Shown here piece by piece: positions 11,220-21,260 of a stretch of DNA of 64,000 bases. Source of the DNA: Leptolyngbyaceae cyanobacterium. Its GTDB lineage: Bacteria > Cyanobacteriota > Cyanobacteriia > Phormidesmidales > Phormidesmidaceae. Positions within the stretch are counted from its first letter, which is position 1, and the number at the start of each line of letters is the position of its first letter. The position numbers and the translations under genes were made by a program. The notes under the pieces are model-generated. The model made no database searches, was not told the DNA's origin, and worked only from the letters and a program-made list of their open reading frames with translations. Location: assembly GCA_965263355.1 (NCBI GenBank), contig CBDHHL010000056.1, forward strand, positions 288,001 to 352,000, in the 5' to 3' direction.

Positions 11220-11615
11220 CTAAAACACCAGAGCGTCCACCTCAATCTCAATTAACATGTCCGGATTAATCAGCGCTTTGACCTCAACCATTGCCGTTGC
11301 CGGAGGATAGGCCCCCATAAATTCCTGATGGGCCTGGCCATACTCTTGCCAACAGCTAATGTCGGTCACATACATCCGGGTTCGCACAATATTTGACAGG
11401 TCAGCGCCCATGGCCTGCAATGTCTTCTGAATAATTTGAAAACATCGCTTTGCCTGAGCATAGCCGTTCCCTGGAGCAAAGGTATTACCCTCATCATCCA
11501 CAGGTGCTGTCCCTGACATAAAAATTTGGTTACCGGCTCGAATCGCTCGGCAATAACCCACCTTTGTTTCCCAAGGCGTGTCCGTAAAGTGGCGAGAAAT
11601 AGATGTGTTCTCCAT
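11220..11615 (-). CDS. Rid (YjgF/YER057c/UK114) family protein
   Basis: WETKVGYCRAIRAG, VRTRMYVTD, LIEIEVDA. Confidence 0.9.
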   Translation of the reverse strand: MENTSISRHFTDTPWETKVGYCRAIRAGNQIFMSGTAPVDDEGNTFAPGNGYAQAKRCFQIIQKTLQAMGADLSNIVRTRMYVTDISCWQEYGQAHQEFMGAYPPATAMVEVKALINPDMLIEIEVDALVF

Positions 11616-11623
11616 GGTTGTAC

Positions 11624-12400
11624 TTAGCTATACTGCTGATTCGCTGCTGCAATTACATCCAAATAGGCTTTGACCGCATTGCCCAAACCCATCATTAATG
11701 CATCTGCGGTTAGCGCGTGACCAATGGAGACCTCCAAAATATTCGGAATTTGCAAAAACTGAGGCAAATTCTCTAGATTCAAATCATGACCAGCATTAAC
11801 CCCCAAGCCACAATCCGTTGCCACCTCAGCTGAAACTGCGTAGCTCGTATGGAGAGTCTCTAGCTCATTCTTCGTTCCCTCTCGGTAGGCCGTTGCATAG
11901 GGTTCGGTGTATAGCTCAATACGAATCTCAGTAGGCCTTGCCATCACACCCAGTTTGGGGATCAGGCGAATTTGTTCCGGATCAGGATCCATAAACAAAC
12001 TTACCCTTGAGCCCAATGCTTGAATCTCCTTAATAATTGGGATTAAAGCCTCGCCGTTATTAGCAATATCCCAACCATGGTCAGAGGTAAACTGATTGGG
12101 ATCATCGGGTACCAAAGTCACCTGATTGGGTTTGACATCCCGCACGATTGCCATAAACCCAGCTTCTAACGGATTACCTTCGATATTGAATTCAATCGTC
12201 GGATGTGCTTTTAACATCTCTGCCAGGTCATACACATCGTAACGTCGGATATGGCGTTCGTCAGGACGAGGATGTACAGTAAGGCCATAGGCTCCAGCCT
12301 GAATACAGGTTTCTCCCGCTTTGACAACACTAGGAATACCAATCGTGCGGGAATTTCGAATGAGGGCGATTTTGTTGAGATTGACACTGAGGGCAGTCAT
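11624..12400 (-). CDS. pdxJ: Pyridoxine 5'-phosphate synthase
   Basis: LSVNLNKIALIRNSR, TVHPRPDERHI, NAGHDL, EVSIGHA. Confidence 0.96.
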   Translation of the reverse strand: MTALSVNLNKIALIRNSRTIGIPSVVKAGETCIQAGAYGLTVHPRPDERHIRRYDVYDLAEMLKAHPTIEFNIEGNPLEAGFMAIVRDVKPNQVTLVPDDPNQFTSDHGWDIANNGEALIPIIKEIQALGSRVSLFMDPDPEQIRLIPKLGVMARPTEIRIELYTEPYATAYREGTKNELETLHTSYAVSAEVATDCGLGVNAGHDLNLENLPQFLQIPNILEVSIGHALTADALMMGLGNAVKAYLDVIAAANQQYS

Positions 12401-12804
12401 AACTCCGATTCTGATGTTGGCGATGTAGCGTGGGTTATTGATTGTACAACATACGGACTTGCCTCAGTCACCTATGGGTATTTACCCATCACTTTTGTCT
12501 GATACACCACTGCAAACTATGGAAAATTCGGTAGTGTAAAGCAAGCGAACAATCACACAATTGGAACATAGGTATACTCTGTCAGGGGCACTAATAAAGC
12601 AGGGTTGATAGTAGAAATATACTATCCATTGTACTATGTATGACTTAACGCAGTTTAGCCTGCAAAATGCAACGGCTCTATATGGATTTCTGGGAGGTCT
12701 AAATCAAGAAACGGTTAAAACTTATCACGCAAGGCTTTTAGTCCAGGAAGTGTAGTGCCTCTGAAACATGGTTTGGGTAAGGCTTACAGGCCATTTAATT
12801 AGTT

Positions 12805-13718
12805 CACCTCCCTGAAACAGCTATTGAGCCACTGGCAAAAGACCTCCAAGATAAAGGGCATCAGATCAGTCCACAAACGGTTTGTACACTACTCGATGAA
12901 TTGGGCTATAGCTTACAAGCGAATCGCAAAACCCAAGAAGGCAAAGACCATCCAGACCGGGATGCACAATTTCAACATATTGCCGACACCGTCACAACCT
13001 TTCAAACGGGTCATCAACCCGTCATTTCGGTGGATGCTAAGAAGAAGGAACTGGTTGGCAACTATAAAAATGAGGGCCGAGACTGGCAGCCCCAGAAGAC
13101 ACCCATTCAGACGAAAGCTCATGACTTTATGGATAAGAAACTGGGCAAGGTCATCCCCTATGGGGTCTACGATATCACTCAAAATCAAGGGTGGGTGAGT
13201 GTGGGTATCGACCATAATACGGCTCAGTTTGCGGTAGGGACCATTCGTCAGTGGTGGTCTTGCATGGGACAAGCACTCTACCCAGAGGCTCAGGACCTCA
13301 TGATTACTGCTGATTGCGGCGGAAGTAATAGCTATCGAGCAAATTATGGAAATGGGAGTTGCAACAGTTAGCTAACGGATCCGACTTAACCTTACACATC
13401 TGCCATGTTCCACCAGGAACCAGTAAATGGCATAAGATTGAACACCGTTTGTTTTCTCAAATTCCTGAGAATTGGCGCAGTCAACCTCTCGTGAGTTGCG
13501 AAGTGGTGGTCAACTTAATTGCCAATACCAAGATGACGACAGGACTTAAGGTCAAGGCTATGCTTGATGAAAGGAACTATCCTACAGGCATTCAAGTGAG
13601 TGATGAGCAGTTCAATTCTATCTCGATTGAACGCAACTCTTTTCATGGTGAATGGAATTATCAAATACGTCGCTCATAACAAGAACAACTGTTCAAGTTA
13701 TTTTTGCGCAGTCCCTTA
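12805..13718 (+). mobile_element. ISAzo13-family transposase remnant
   Basis: GYSLQANRK, ISVDAKKKELVG and PPGTSKWHKIEHRLFS motifs; 1-nt frameshift near 13341; right end ttatttttgcgcagtccctta; left end missing. Confidence 0.9.
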
Positions 13719-14386
13719 CGACTTGATGCCGCTGGACAAAACTGATCCTTCTCAATTGCCCTAATGATGGCATCACGCTCCGACAGTGAGAAAGGATTGA
13801 TATCATTCAGTCCTTTCTTGGCACTTGCCTTAGGCATCTTTATTTTGATGCTATTCCCTGGAAAGGATTGTTCGTCAATCTGTTTTGAATCCACCACCCA
13901 TTCACAACAGGCAGCCAGACGAGTGATCAATCGCTTTCCCGCATCTAGCGGCAGGTTTAGCAAAATATAATTGCGAATCTCATTCGCCTTGGCCAATTCA
14001 TGTGTGGGAAACCGTTTCACATGGTTGGTATAGGGACGATAGGTTTGCCGCATAGTGTTAGGCGAACACTGGGGCCGCTTAAATTCCACGAACTGTGTCC
14101 AGAGAGTGAGTAAGTCTACCCCTTCTTCTTCTGGGATCTCTTCCACTTCTGGCTCAGATCGGTACTTGGCCAGCGTAGGGTCAAACTTCTCAAAAGCGAT
14201 GTCTGCTTCAATTAGCTTTGCCTTTGCTTCCGCAGCACGTCGATTGAGTTTTGTGTCCGGTAAACCCAGGCTCAAATAATGTCGTTTACCCCCGTGGCTA
14301 AAGACCAACTGCAGACGATCATTAGAGGTTTTGATACGTACAGTCCCTTTGGAAGCCTTTTGCTTTGTCCCAGTCGCAGCCATCAA
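13719..14386 (-). pseudogene. Tyrosine integrase, N-terminal half (arm-binding domain), truncated by the IS
   Basis: RLQLVFSHGGKRHYLSLGL...FDPTLAKY...INPFS; catalytic C-terminal half absent; the reading frame runs into the IS end. Confidence 0.85.
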
Positions 14387-14396
14387 ACCCCTCAGA

Positions 14397-14441
14397 ATTG
14401 GGGTAAATTCTTACCCCAATTTACCCCATCTTTACCCCAAT
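14397..14441. repeat. Putative integrase arm-type binding sites
   Basis: TTACCCCA three times in direct orientation (14411, 14421, 14432) and once inverted (attggggtaaa, 14397). Confidence 0.65.
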
Positions 14442-14525
14442 AATGGGTCTAAATTGGCCTAAAATGACCCAACGCACGTCCTAAAGTATGTATTTCAAGG
14501 CCATAAAAAACGAAGGACCAAAAGC

Positions 14526-14563
14526 AGAAAGGCCCTGAAATCAATTGATTTCAGGGCCTTTCT
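14526..14563 (-). terminator. Perfect 38-bp palindrome 3' of the tRNA
   Basis: agaaaggccctgaaatcaa|ttgatttcagggcctttct. Confidence 0.65.
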
Positions 14564-14569
14564 TAAAAA

Positions 14570-14641
14570 AGCGGATGATGGGACTCGAACCCACGACATT
14601 CAGCTTGGGAAGCTGACGTTCTACCACTGAACTACATCCGC
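14570..14641 (-). tRNA. trnG: tRNA-Gly(CCC)
   Basis: Reverse complement GCGGATGTAGTTCAGTGGTAGAACGTCAGCTTCCCAAGCTGAATGTCGTGGGTTCGAGTCCCATCATCCGCT forms a cloverleaf with anticodon CCC; CCA not encoded. Confidence 0.97.
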
Positions 14642-14714
14642 AGCCTTTATTGCCAGTGTTTCCAATGGCTTGAACGTAAATATAGCAGGTTTTTCACTTG
14701 ACGGCAAACAGATG

Positions 14715-14761
14715 ATTACAGACAATTACAGACGAACATTTAATGTGAATTTTAATGTGAA
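14715..14761. repeat. Paired direct repeats upstream of the second integrase
   Basis: attacagac twice and tttaatgtgaa twice immediately before the ATG. Confidence 0.6.
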
Positions 14762-15871
14762 ATGGCACCTAAGGATTGCAGCCTGCAGGCAGTAAATGAG
14801 CGGCTAAAAGCCAACGCTATTTCCGTATCTGTGCAGAAACGGGGAGCGCGTTTAATTTTACAGGCCACACTGCCTCCTAAACCGACTAGCAGTAAACGTA
14901 ACCACCATCAGCAGCAGATATCTACCGGCTTGCCAGATAATCAGCAGGGACGCCGCAAAGCTGAGGGTATGGCCATTAAGCTGGGCGGGAAGCTACTGGA
15001 CGGTACATTCACATGGGATGATTACGCTACTGCGAGGACGGAAAAGTCTAAGCAGTGTGCAGAGGTGATCAAGCGGTTTGAGAAGGACTATCGACAAAGA
15101 AATCAGCTTGAAAACCGCACCTGGCAGGAGAACTGGAATAAGATTTTTAAGCAGCTGCCGCGAACGTCAGCCTTAACGGCTGACGTTCTACAAAATGAAT
15201 GTTTAAGTAAACCTGAAAATTCGAGGACGCGTCAGCAGACTTGCCAAAGGTTGCAGGCCCTGGCAAATTTTGCATGCATTGATGTCGACCTGCTGCAGTA
15301 TCAGGGCAATTATGGGCCTAGCAAAGTAAAAGAGCGAGACCTGCCCTCTGATGAGTTAATTGCTCAGTGGAGAGAACAAATTCCTAATCAAAACTGGCAG
15401 TGGGTTTATGGAATGATGGCTGCCTATGGTATTCGCCCCCATGAGGTTTTCTTCTGTGAATTTACAGATGAAGGCTTACAGGTTCTTAAGGGGAAAACAG
15501 GTCCCCGTCTTGTTTATCAAGCCTTTTATCCAGAATGGGTGGAGCGATGGAACCTTCCCACGGTGTGCAGGCCTAAGGTAAATGCCGAAGCCTCCTATGA
15601 AAAGGGAAATCTAGGCCGAAAAATTAATACTCAGTTTCGCAGATATAAAATGCCATTCTCTCCCTATGACTTACGCCATGCTTGGGCCATTCGCTCAACA
15701 GTGTTGTTCAGGGTGCCTGAAACGGTGTCAGCTCAGTTGCTGGGCCATACGCCTGATGTTCACTTGAAAATATATCAGCGTTGGATTGATATCGCTAGAG
15801 GGAAACAAGCGATTAAACAGGTGATGAGTGAATCTAACCTGCCTGCAGCGCCTCTCGTTCCCAGCGCTTGA
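14762..15871 (+). CDS. XisA/XisC-like tyrosine recombinase
   Basis: VNERLKA...LILQATLPPKP N-terminus; YGIRPHE, KTG, YDLRHAWA and LLGHT...HLKIY catalytic set appears intact. Confidence 0.92.
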   Translation: MAPKDCSLQAVNERLKANAISVSVQKRGARLILQATLPPKPTSSKRNHHQQQISTGLPDNQQGRRKAEGMAIKLGGKLLDGTFTWDDYATARTEKSKQCAEVIKRFEKDYRQRNQLENRTWQENWNKIFKQLPRTSALTADVLQNECLSKPENSRTRQQTCQRLQALANFACIDVDLLQYQGNYGPSKVKERDLPSDELIAQWREQIPNQNWQWVYGMMAAYGIRPHEVFFCEFTDEGLQVLKGKTGPRLVYQAFYPEWVERWNLPTVCRPKVNAEASYEKGNLGRKINTQFRRYKMPFSPYDLRHAWAIRSTVLFRVPETVSAQLLGHTPDVHLKIYQRWIDIARGKQAIKQVMSESNLPAAPLVPSA

Positions 15872-16190
15872 TGATTGCTCTAACTTTGAAGAGCAATTCG
15901 CGGGAACCTTCAGGTTTAATGACTTCTTTGCCAGGTAGAAAGCCCCGACCTTCTCGGGCCGCTCTAGTCAGGTTGTCGCGGTGGGAGTAAACTGGCAACA
16001 ACTGGGCATGGATAACTTCTGAAGTGCTGTACCAGGTTTTCACAGTAGCTTTGCTCTTTAACTCCTGAAGCTCATTGGTTAAGTCTTCAATATGTTGTAA
16101 GAGCTTGTGGTTAATGGCTGTTGTGTGAGCTAGTTGTTCATTGGTGCAGTCAACAATGCCAGCTAATCGTTCAAATAGTTGTTTATCCAT
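15834..16190 (-). CDS. Hypothetical protein, possible excisionase/RDF
   Basis: Coiled coil followed by a TWYSTSEV winged-helix-like segment; convergent with and overlapping the integrase. Confidence 0.5.
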   Translation of the reverse strand: MDKQLFERLAGIVDCTNEQLAHTTAINHKLLQHIEDLTNELQELKSKATVKTWYSTSEVIHAQLLPVYSHRDNLTRAAREGRGFLPGKEVIKPEGSRELLFKVRAIIKRWEREALQAG

Positions 16191-16207
16191 TTTCTTTATT
16201 CCTATGA

Positions 16208-17640
16208 CTATTTGACGTCTTGTGAGGAATTTGTTGAATGGGATAACGAGTTAGTAAAAGTATCGGCAACAATCCATACCTTTACCGCTTCTGCAACTCC
16301 TGTTAGAAGTGATTGCAAATTCTTAACGGGCAAAGATTTGAGCTGACTGTTAGTTTCAAAGTAAGTATTGCTTAGTTCAGAGCGATCCAGATCTTTGGCA
16401 ACTCGTGCTTGTAGACGAATTTTTGTCGTGACCGCGACCTTCTAGGGCAACTATTTCGATGCCAGCATCAGGATGCTGGTCGGCTAACTGCTGAAATGAG
16501 ATCGCAGCTGCGGCTGGATCAATCCCCTGGTGATGAAAGAGATCAATTGTGCTGTAAGTATTAGCAACCTCTCGTAAATCAACATTCTGTTGATGGTATA
16601 GCCCCAGAGTTTTGATGATGGGAGCTATAAAATTTGCAAAGTCCCCTGGTGCGAAGCTCTCATCACGATTGTCGGGTTTCCGGCAAGGATCAGGGTCTTC
16701 TTTGGTCGGCAGGTGCATGTAAATGTAGTCACATAGTATGCCCTCAAGCTGTGTCTCTACAGAAATACCCCAGTCTTCAATGTAGGCTCCTGTTAAATGA
16801 GCATCACTGAGGTCAGCATTGTAAAGCTGTGAATGAACTAATTTGGCCCCAGAGAGATCGGCGTTCTGCAGATTACTGTTGCTGAGGTCCGTCCCAATAA
16901 AGCTGGCGTCTCGTAGGTCAGCACCTTGTAAGTTTAGGCCTCGCAAGTTGTAGTAGTTGAATGATTGGGATTGTCCTTGCTTAGCAATAACCAACTGTCG
17001 TACTTGATCCTGTTCCAGGTAGGTACCTTCGGCGCAGGCGTAGGTGAGTCCATGAGCATTGAACCAATGGGTACGAGCGAGGTTGACCTGCTTAAAATCA
17101 GTATTATTTAAGATTGCCTGCGTGAAATCAGCATCGTTTAAATTGGATCCTCTAAAGCTCGTTCCTTGCAAGGTGATATGTATGGCGAGCACACGAATTA
17201 AGTCATACTTTTTTTGACCAGTTTGGGCTAACCAACCTGCTCGCATACTGGTGACTAAAAAGAGAAAAGTACTAAGGAGCGTGTTACCAATGGATACCAT
17301 CATGACAATGGTGCTGCCGTTTTTCGGAATGCCTAAAGAGCTCCCTAGTAAGGCCCCAAATAACATCAAACAACTGCTCCAGAAATAGATACCTCGCTTC
17401 AAAAGAGGTATCACGATTGAGATCGCTAAGGCACTGAGCATGAGTCCAGATATAGCACCTGCGATCGCTAAAGCCTGGACTATCGCAATGCCCGCCAGCC
17501 CATCTGGTGCGAGTGCTTCCAACATGGCTGTAATGGCCACTAATCCAACAGCAATAGCACCCGTAGCGCCTAACCCATATCTCGAACCTAGCGAGAGTAC
17601 AGTTCACCACAAAACAGGTGCCTGCTGTCCGCATAGGGAT
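16208..17640 (-). pseudogene. Pentapeptide-repeat membrane protein, frameshifted
   Basis: ADL/ANL pentapeptide repeats (ORF 16377-17540); after GRGHDK a 1-nt shift continues IRLQARVAKDLDRSELS; 5' end fragmentary. Confidence 0.75.
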
Positions 17641-17739
17641 TTTTGACAAGGGACTCTCATGGTCACAGTTGTTATCGATTCGATGTGCTGCTTAACTACT
17701 ATCACGCAAAGGATATAGGCTTCCCATCTGACGGAACCA

Positions 17740-17870
17740 GTGCCAATAATCGACTAGGTCGCTTTGTTACCTTTGTTTATGGCCTTGTTTGCTATGCTAT
17801 CTTTTTTGTTACCTTTTTGTATGCCTGCGGTTTTGTCAGTAATTTTATTGTCCCTCGTTCTATAACCTCA
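17740..17870 (+). pseudogene. N-terminal fragment of an MddA/NurIM-like methyltransferase
   Basis: [31 protein letters not shown] resembles the MddA N-terminal TM segment; the rest of the gene is absent. Confidence 0.55.
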
Positions 17871-17881
17871 GGAGGTTTCGA

Positions 17882-18373
17882 ATGACCTATGTATTTATCC
17901 CCTATATCCCTGATGGTCCTGTGACGAAGGCGATTAAGAAAAAGCTCAAAAAGCTAGGGGTACGCTATAAGCTCGGCTACCTCGGTGAGCTAATGGATGA
18001 GAATTATTCTATGGCACTCAAACGTAACCATCTTGTTTATAAGGCGGAACATTTAAAGAAACTTAGGCATGTTAAGAAAAATCCACAGGTCGTCGATATT
18101 GCATTTGAAGTTTTAGAAGACATGCTCAAAGTAAAAAATGTTCAACTGCCGCTGCTAAATGAGGGCAAGGTTCCGTACTACCCGAATTACAGTCAGATTG
18201 CACTGTATACCTTGCTCAATGCATTCATTATGACTGTGGCAATTATTGCGATTGTGGTTTACTTACAGCAATTAATCGCATTGATGACAACGCTCATCGT
18301 CATCGTATCTATCATCGGAGCAGTTGTGTTTATTTATATATTGACCAAGAGCGTCATACATGTAGATCTTTAA
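17882..18373 (+). CDS. Hypothetical membrane protein
   Basis: AGGAGG RBS, basic N-terminus, two C-terminal TM helices. Confidence 0.6.
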   Translation: MTYVFIPYIPDGPVTKAIKKKLKKLGVRYKLGYLGELMDENYSMALKRNHLVYKAEHLKKLRHVKKNPQVVDIAFEVLEDMLKVKNVQLPLLNEGKVPYYPNYSQIALYTLLNAFIMTVAIIAIVVYLQQLIALMTTLIVIVSIIGAVVFIYILTKSVIHVDL

Positions 18374-18860
18374 TCAGGCCCAGGCCAGGAGAAATGTATC
18401 ATCAGGATTTGAGCTGAACTGGCCGTGGGTGGCAAGGTGCACGATGGGGGCAGGCTCATCACGGACTAAATACTGTAATGAGGTACCGGTAAAGCTCTGG
18501 TTTAGACGTTTTTGACTCGACAGCTGACTCTGAATGATAGTAAGTTCAGTTTCTACATTTTCCAGGGGAGCAAATCCCTGATGGGCAGGAAAATTAGATC
18601 GAGTTTCTGAAAGCCCAAAGGCTAGCGCTTTAAGGCTTGTTTTTGATAAAGGCTGAGAGCTGGGCAAGGTGAGACGAGGACTGAGGGCAACTGCATATTT
18701 TTCAATTAAAAACTGTTGTCCATCGTGGAGAATAGCCGTGGGTACATTGCACAGGACACCGTCCGAGACAAACACCAGGATGTCAATGACTTGTGCGACT
18801 AACTCAGGTTCGATGGGGCGAATCAACCAATCATAGACTTGTTGCGACTGGTTCAAATAG
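18374..18860 (-). pseudogene. CHAT domain fragment
   Basis: SQQVYDWLIRPIE, LHDGQQFLIEKYA and IVHLATHGQFSS; stops before the catalytic Cys region. Confidence 0.85.
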
Positions 18861-19189
18861 TAAGATATGAAACAATGTACTCCCCCTAGATGCTCCACCT
18901 TCGATGAGCAATTGCCCGGTGCTGATGTCATTTCTAGAACACATCTATCAGGACAGAACCATGTCGACCTTGTGATATCGGCTATTTGCTGACGTAGACT
19001 TCCCCGTTGCTCCTGGGTTGCAAGGTTACTGCGATGCTTGAGTTCGGGGTTGAGGGTTTTGGAGTCTTGGAGTCATTGTTGTAATTGCGATCGCGCCAGT
19101 TGAAACCTGTAGATTCCTCTACGGAAAAACGACCATTCTAGACGTAGACAAGGTTTAATACATCAAAATCAATCTTGTCATAATACGTT

Positions 19190-19387
19190 AAGAATAGGTT
19201 CGTAAATTATCGTGAAGGAGCACTAGGGTAGTGCAAAACTAAAAATTAGAAATAACAACATGGATCTTGGAGTCGGAGAGATTGTTGAACAGGGTATTAA
19301 CAAAAAGTACGAAGAATACGTAAATTATCGTGAAGGAGAAGTGCAAAACTAAAAATTAGAAATAACAACTGATCGGAGAGAGTTGTT
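19190..19387. repeat. Imperfect tandem duplication
   Basis: cgtaaattatcgtgaaggag and agtgcaaaactaaaaattagaaataacaac occur at 19201/19230 and again at 19319/19340. Confidence 0.9.
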
Positions 19388-19983
19388 CTATACCCTGATG
19401 CATGCAAAAATGGTAATACAAACCATAGGGGAGCCTTTTCATCTAGGGTTACCCTGGCTGTTGCATGCATCCCGGCCAACGGAATCATATTGAGACTGCT
19501 GGCAGACCACTTATAGCCACTACTAGTATTCGGATCCGGCGTAAGCTCTATCAATACCTCAATTGCAGCAGGCGCAGTCGGGTCTTCTAACTGGCGTACA
19601 CCATCCAAGGTCATCACCATCGGTAGCGATACCTGACTGACTTTGCCCTCAATACCACCGGCAGCTTGCTTATTACCTTCCACGTCGGGGATCAGCAGCA
19701 CATCCATACCAGGTTCAATCTGGGCTAGCTCTCCACTGGGGAAATGGGCTACGCCAACCAGTTCACCGGACTCGCCCTCAGCATAGGCTAAAATTGCATG
19801 GCTACTAGTCGTCACAGGAATTCGGCCTTCACAAGCCCAGATAATAGCTGCCCCTAAAAGACCACCAACGGTAGCCAATGGTAACCAGCTACGAGGGGAT
19901 ACGATCTGCATAAGCTGATCAAGCTGCTCTGGGGAAGATAGTCGCTCCAAAGCTTCCTGACGAAAGATATTGCTGTCGCCCAT
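19297..19983 (-). CDS. Short NHLM/NHLP bacteriocin secretion adaptor (HlyD-like)
   Basis: IFRQEALERLSSPEQLDQLMQIVSPRSWLPL, TSSGYKWS and APLWFVLPFL; coiled-coil hairpin absent; C-tail reads into the duplication. Confidence 0.8.
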   Translation of the reverse strand: MGDSNIFRQEALERLSSPEQLDQLMQIVSPRSWLPLATVGGLLGAAIIWACEGRIPVTTSSHAILAYAEGESGELVGVAHFPSGELAQIEPGMDVLLIPDVEGNKQAAGGIEGKVSQVSLPMVMTLDGVRQLEDPTAPAAIEVLIELTPDPNTSSGYKWSASSLNMIPLAGMHATARVTLDEKAPLWFVLPFLHASGYRTTLSDQLLFLIFSFALLLHDNLRILRTFC

Positions 19984-20314
19984 GCTTAACTCTACCTCAA
20001 ATGGTTTGACTAAGGTTTTTAATTGATGACATATATTGCTTATGCCCTTATAGCAGAAAGCCTATATAGATAAGGATATACTCAGGTGATTTTAATCATT
20101 GAAGGAATATTTACAGGAATTCATTACATTTAAGTTTTGATCCCTTAACAAAACTGTAGAGACCTGTTGGAAATCCACCTGAACATTAAAAGTTTATGAG
20201 AAACCCATAAAAACTTTTCCATTTTCAGAGATGCTCGATATGATTGAGTAGTCCTACGTTGCACATTCGACAACTGGACGGGATTTTCGTTGTTTCTACA
20301 TTGAGGTAACTTCC

Positions 20315-20491
20315 ATGGAAGAGCAGAACAAGAACGTTACTGACGAGCAATTGTCTGATGATCAACTAAAAGATGTTGCAGGCGGTAACAAGATTCAAGA
20401 GCAGCGTCTAGAGCACCTAGATAACCAGACCAAGAGCGTTAAGGACATTCAGGCAGAGCGCTTAGACCAGCTTGACGAGCGCACTAAGTAG
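20315..20491 (+). CDS. Double-glycine leader precursor peptide (58 aa, absent from the ORF track)
   Basis: GAGGT RBS; MEEQNKNVTDEQLSDDQLKDVAGG-NKIQEQRLEHLDNQTKSVKDIQAERLDQLDERTK*. Confidence 0.85.
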   Translation: MEEQNKNVTDEQLSDDQLKDVAGGNKIQEQRLEHLDNQTKSVKDIQAERLDQLDERTK

Positions 20492-20622
20492 ATTTAGCTA
20501 GGTCTAGCTGCAGCTCGCAGGTTCTGAGCTATCTGAGCTAGATTTTGGAAAATAGTGGTCCTGTTGCTCCGTTGGAGATCATCAGGGCCATTTTTCATTG
20601 GTAATGACTCTAGGCTTTTTGT

Positions 20623-21078
20623 CTATGGGCTTGCTTGCTTCTCAAAATATTGTTGATGTTCTTCAGACGCTAACCAATATGCAGATGCAGCCACAATTTC
20701 GGTCACGATTGATTTGCTGTATTGGCCAGCAGTAATCTGTTTAGACTGATGCGCTAAACGTCGTTGTTCATCATTGTGATAAAAAATCACGGAGCGATAT
20801 TGTTCGCCACGGTCAGCTCCCTGTCGATTAAGACTGGTAGGGTCATGAATCTGCCAGAAGGTATCTAATAGGGTCTGATAGCTAATTTTTGCTGAATCGT
20901 ATTCTATTTGAGCCACTTCAGCATGCCCAGTGATACGAGAAAGGACATCTAGATAACACGGATTCTCAAAATGTCCACCCATGTAACCAACGGATGTTTT
21001 GGTCACACCAGATAGTTGACGAAATGCCTGTTCTGTTCCCCAAAAACAACCTGCTCCAAAGGTGGCAATCTCAATCAT
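20623..21078 (-). CDS. msrA: Peptide-methionine (S)-S-oxide reductase
   Basis: GAGCFWG, TGHAEV, HDPT, GEQYRS, EEHQQY. Confidence 0.96.
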   Translation of the reverse strand: MIEIATFGAGCFWGTEQAFRQLSGVTKTSVGYMGGHFENPCYLDVLSRITGHAEVAQIEYDSAKISYQTLLDTFWQIHDPTSLNRQGADRGEQYRSVIFYHNDEQRRLAHQSKQITAGQYSKSIVTEIVAASAYWLASEEHQQYFEKQASP

Positions 21079-21260
21079 TTCGGTAATCTCCGAACACCGA
21101 TTTCTACTGACTAAGCGCGATGATTAATCATCGGTCTCTTTAGTAGTGTAACGGTCGATGTAACTAAAGTGATTGTTCAACCTTTAGGCAGCAGTATCCC
21201 TGTAAGGGCAGGATATCTTGGTAGATTATTGCCTAGCCGGCGTTGGTGACAAGACATTGT

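Noticed and set aside
19190..19387. Mini CRISPR array
   Set aside because: Only two non-palindromic copies and no cas genes
12401..21260. att-site duplicate of tRNA-Gly
   Set aside because: No partial tRNA copy found by eye on either side, so island boundaries cannot be set
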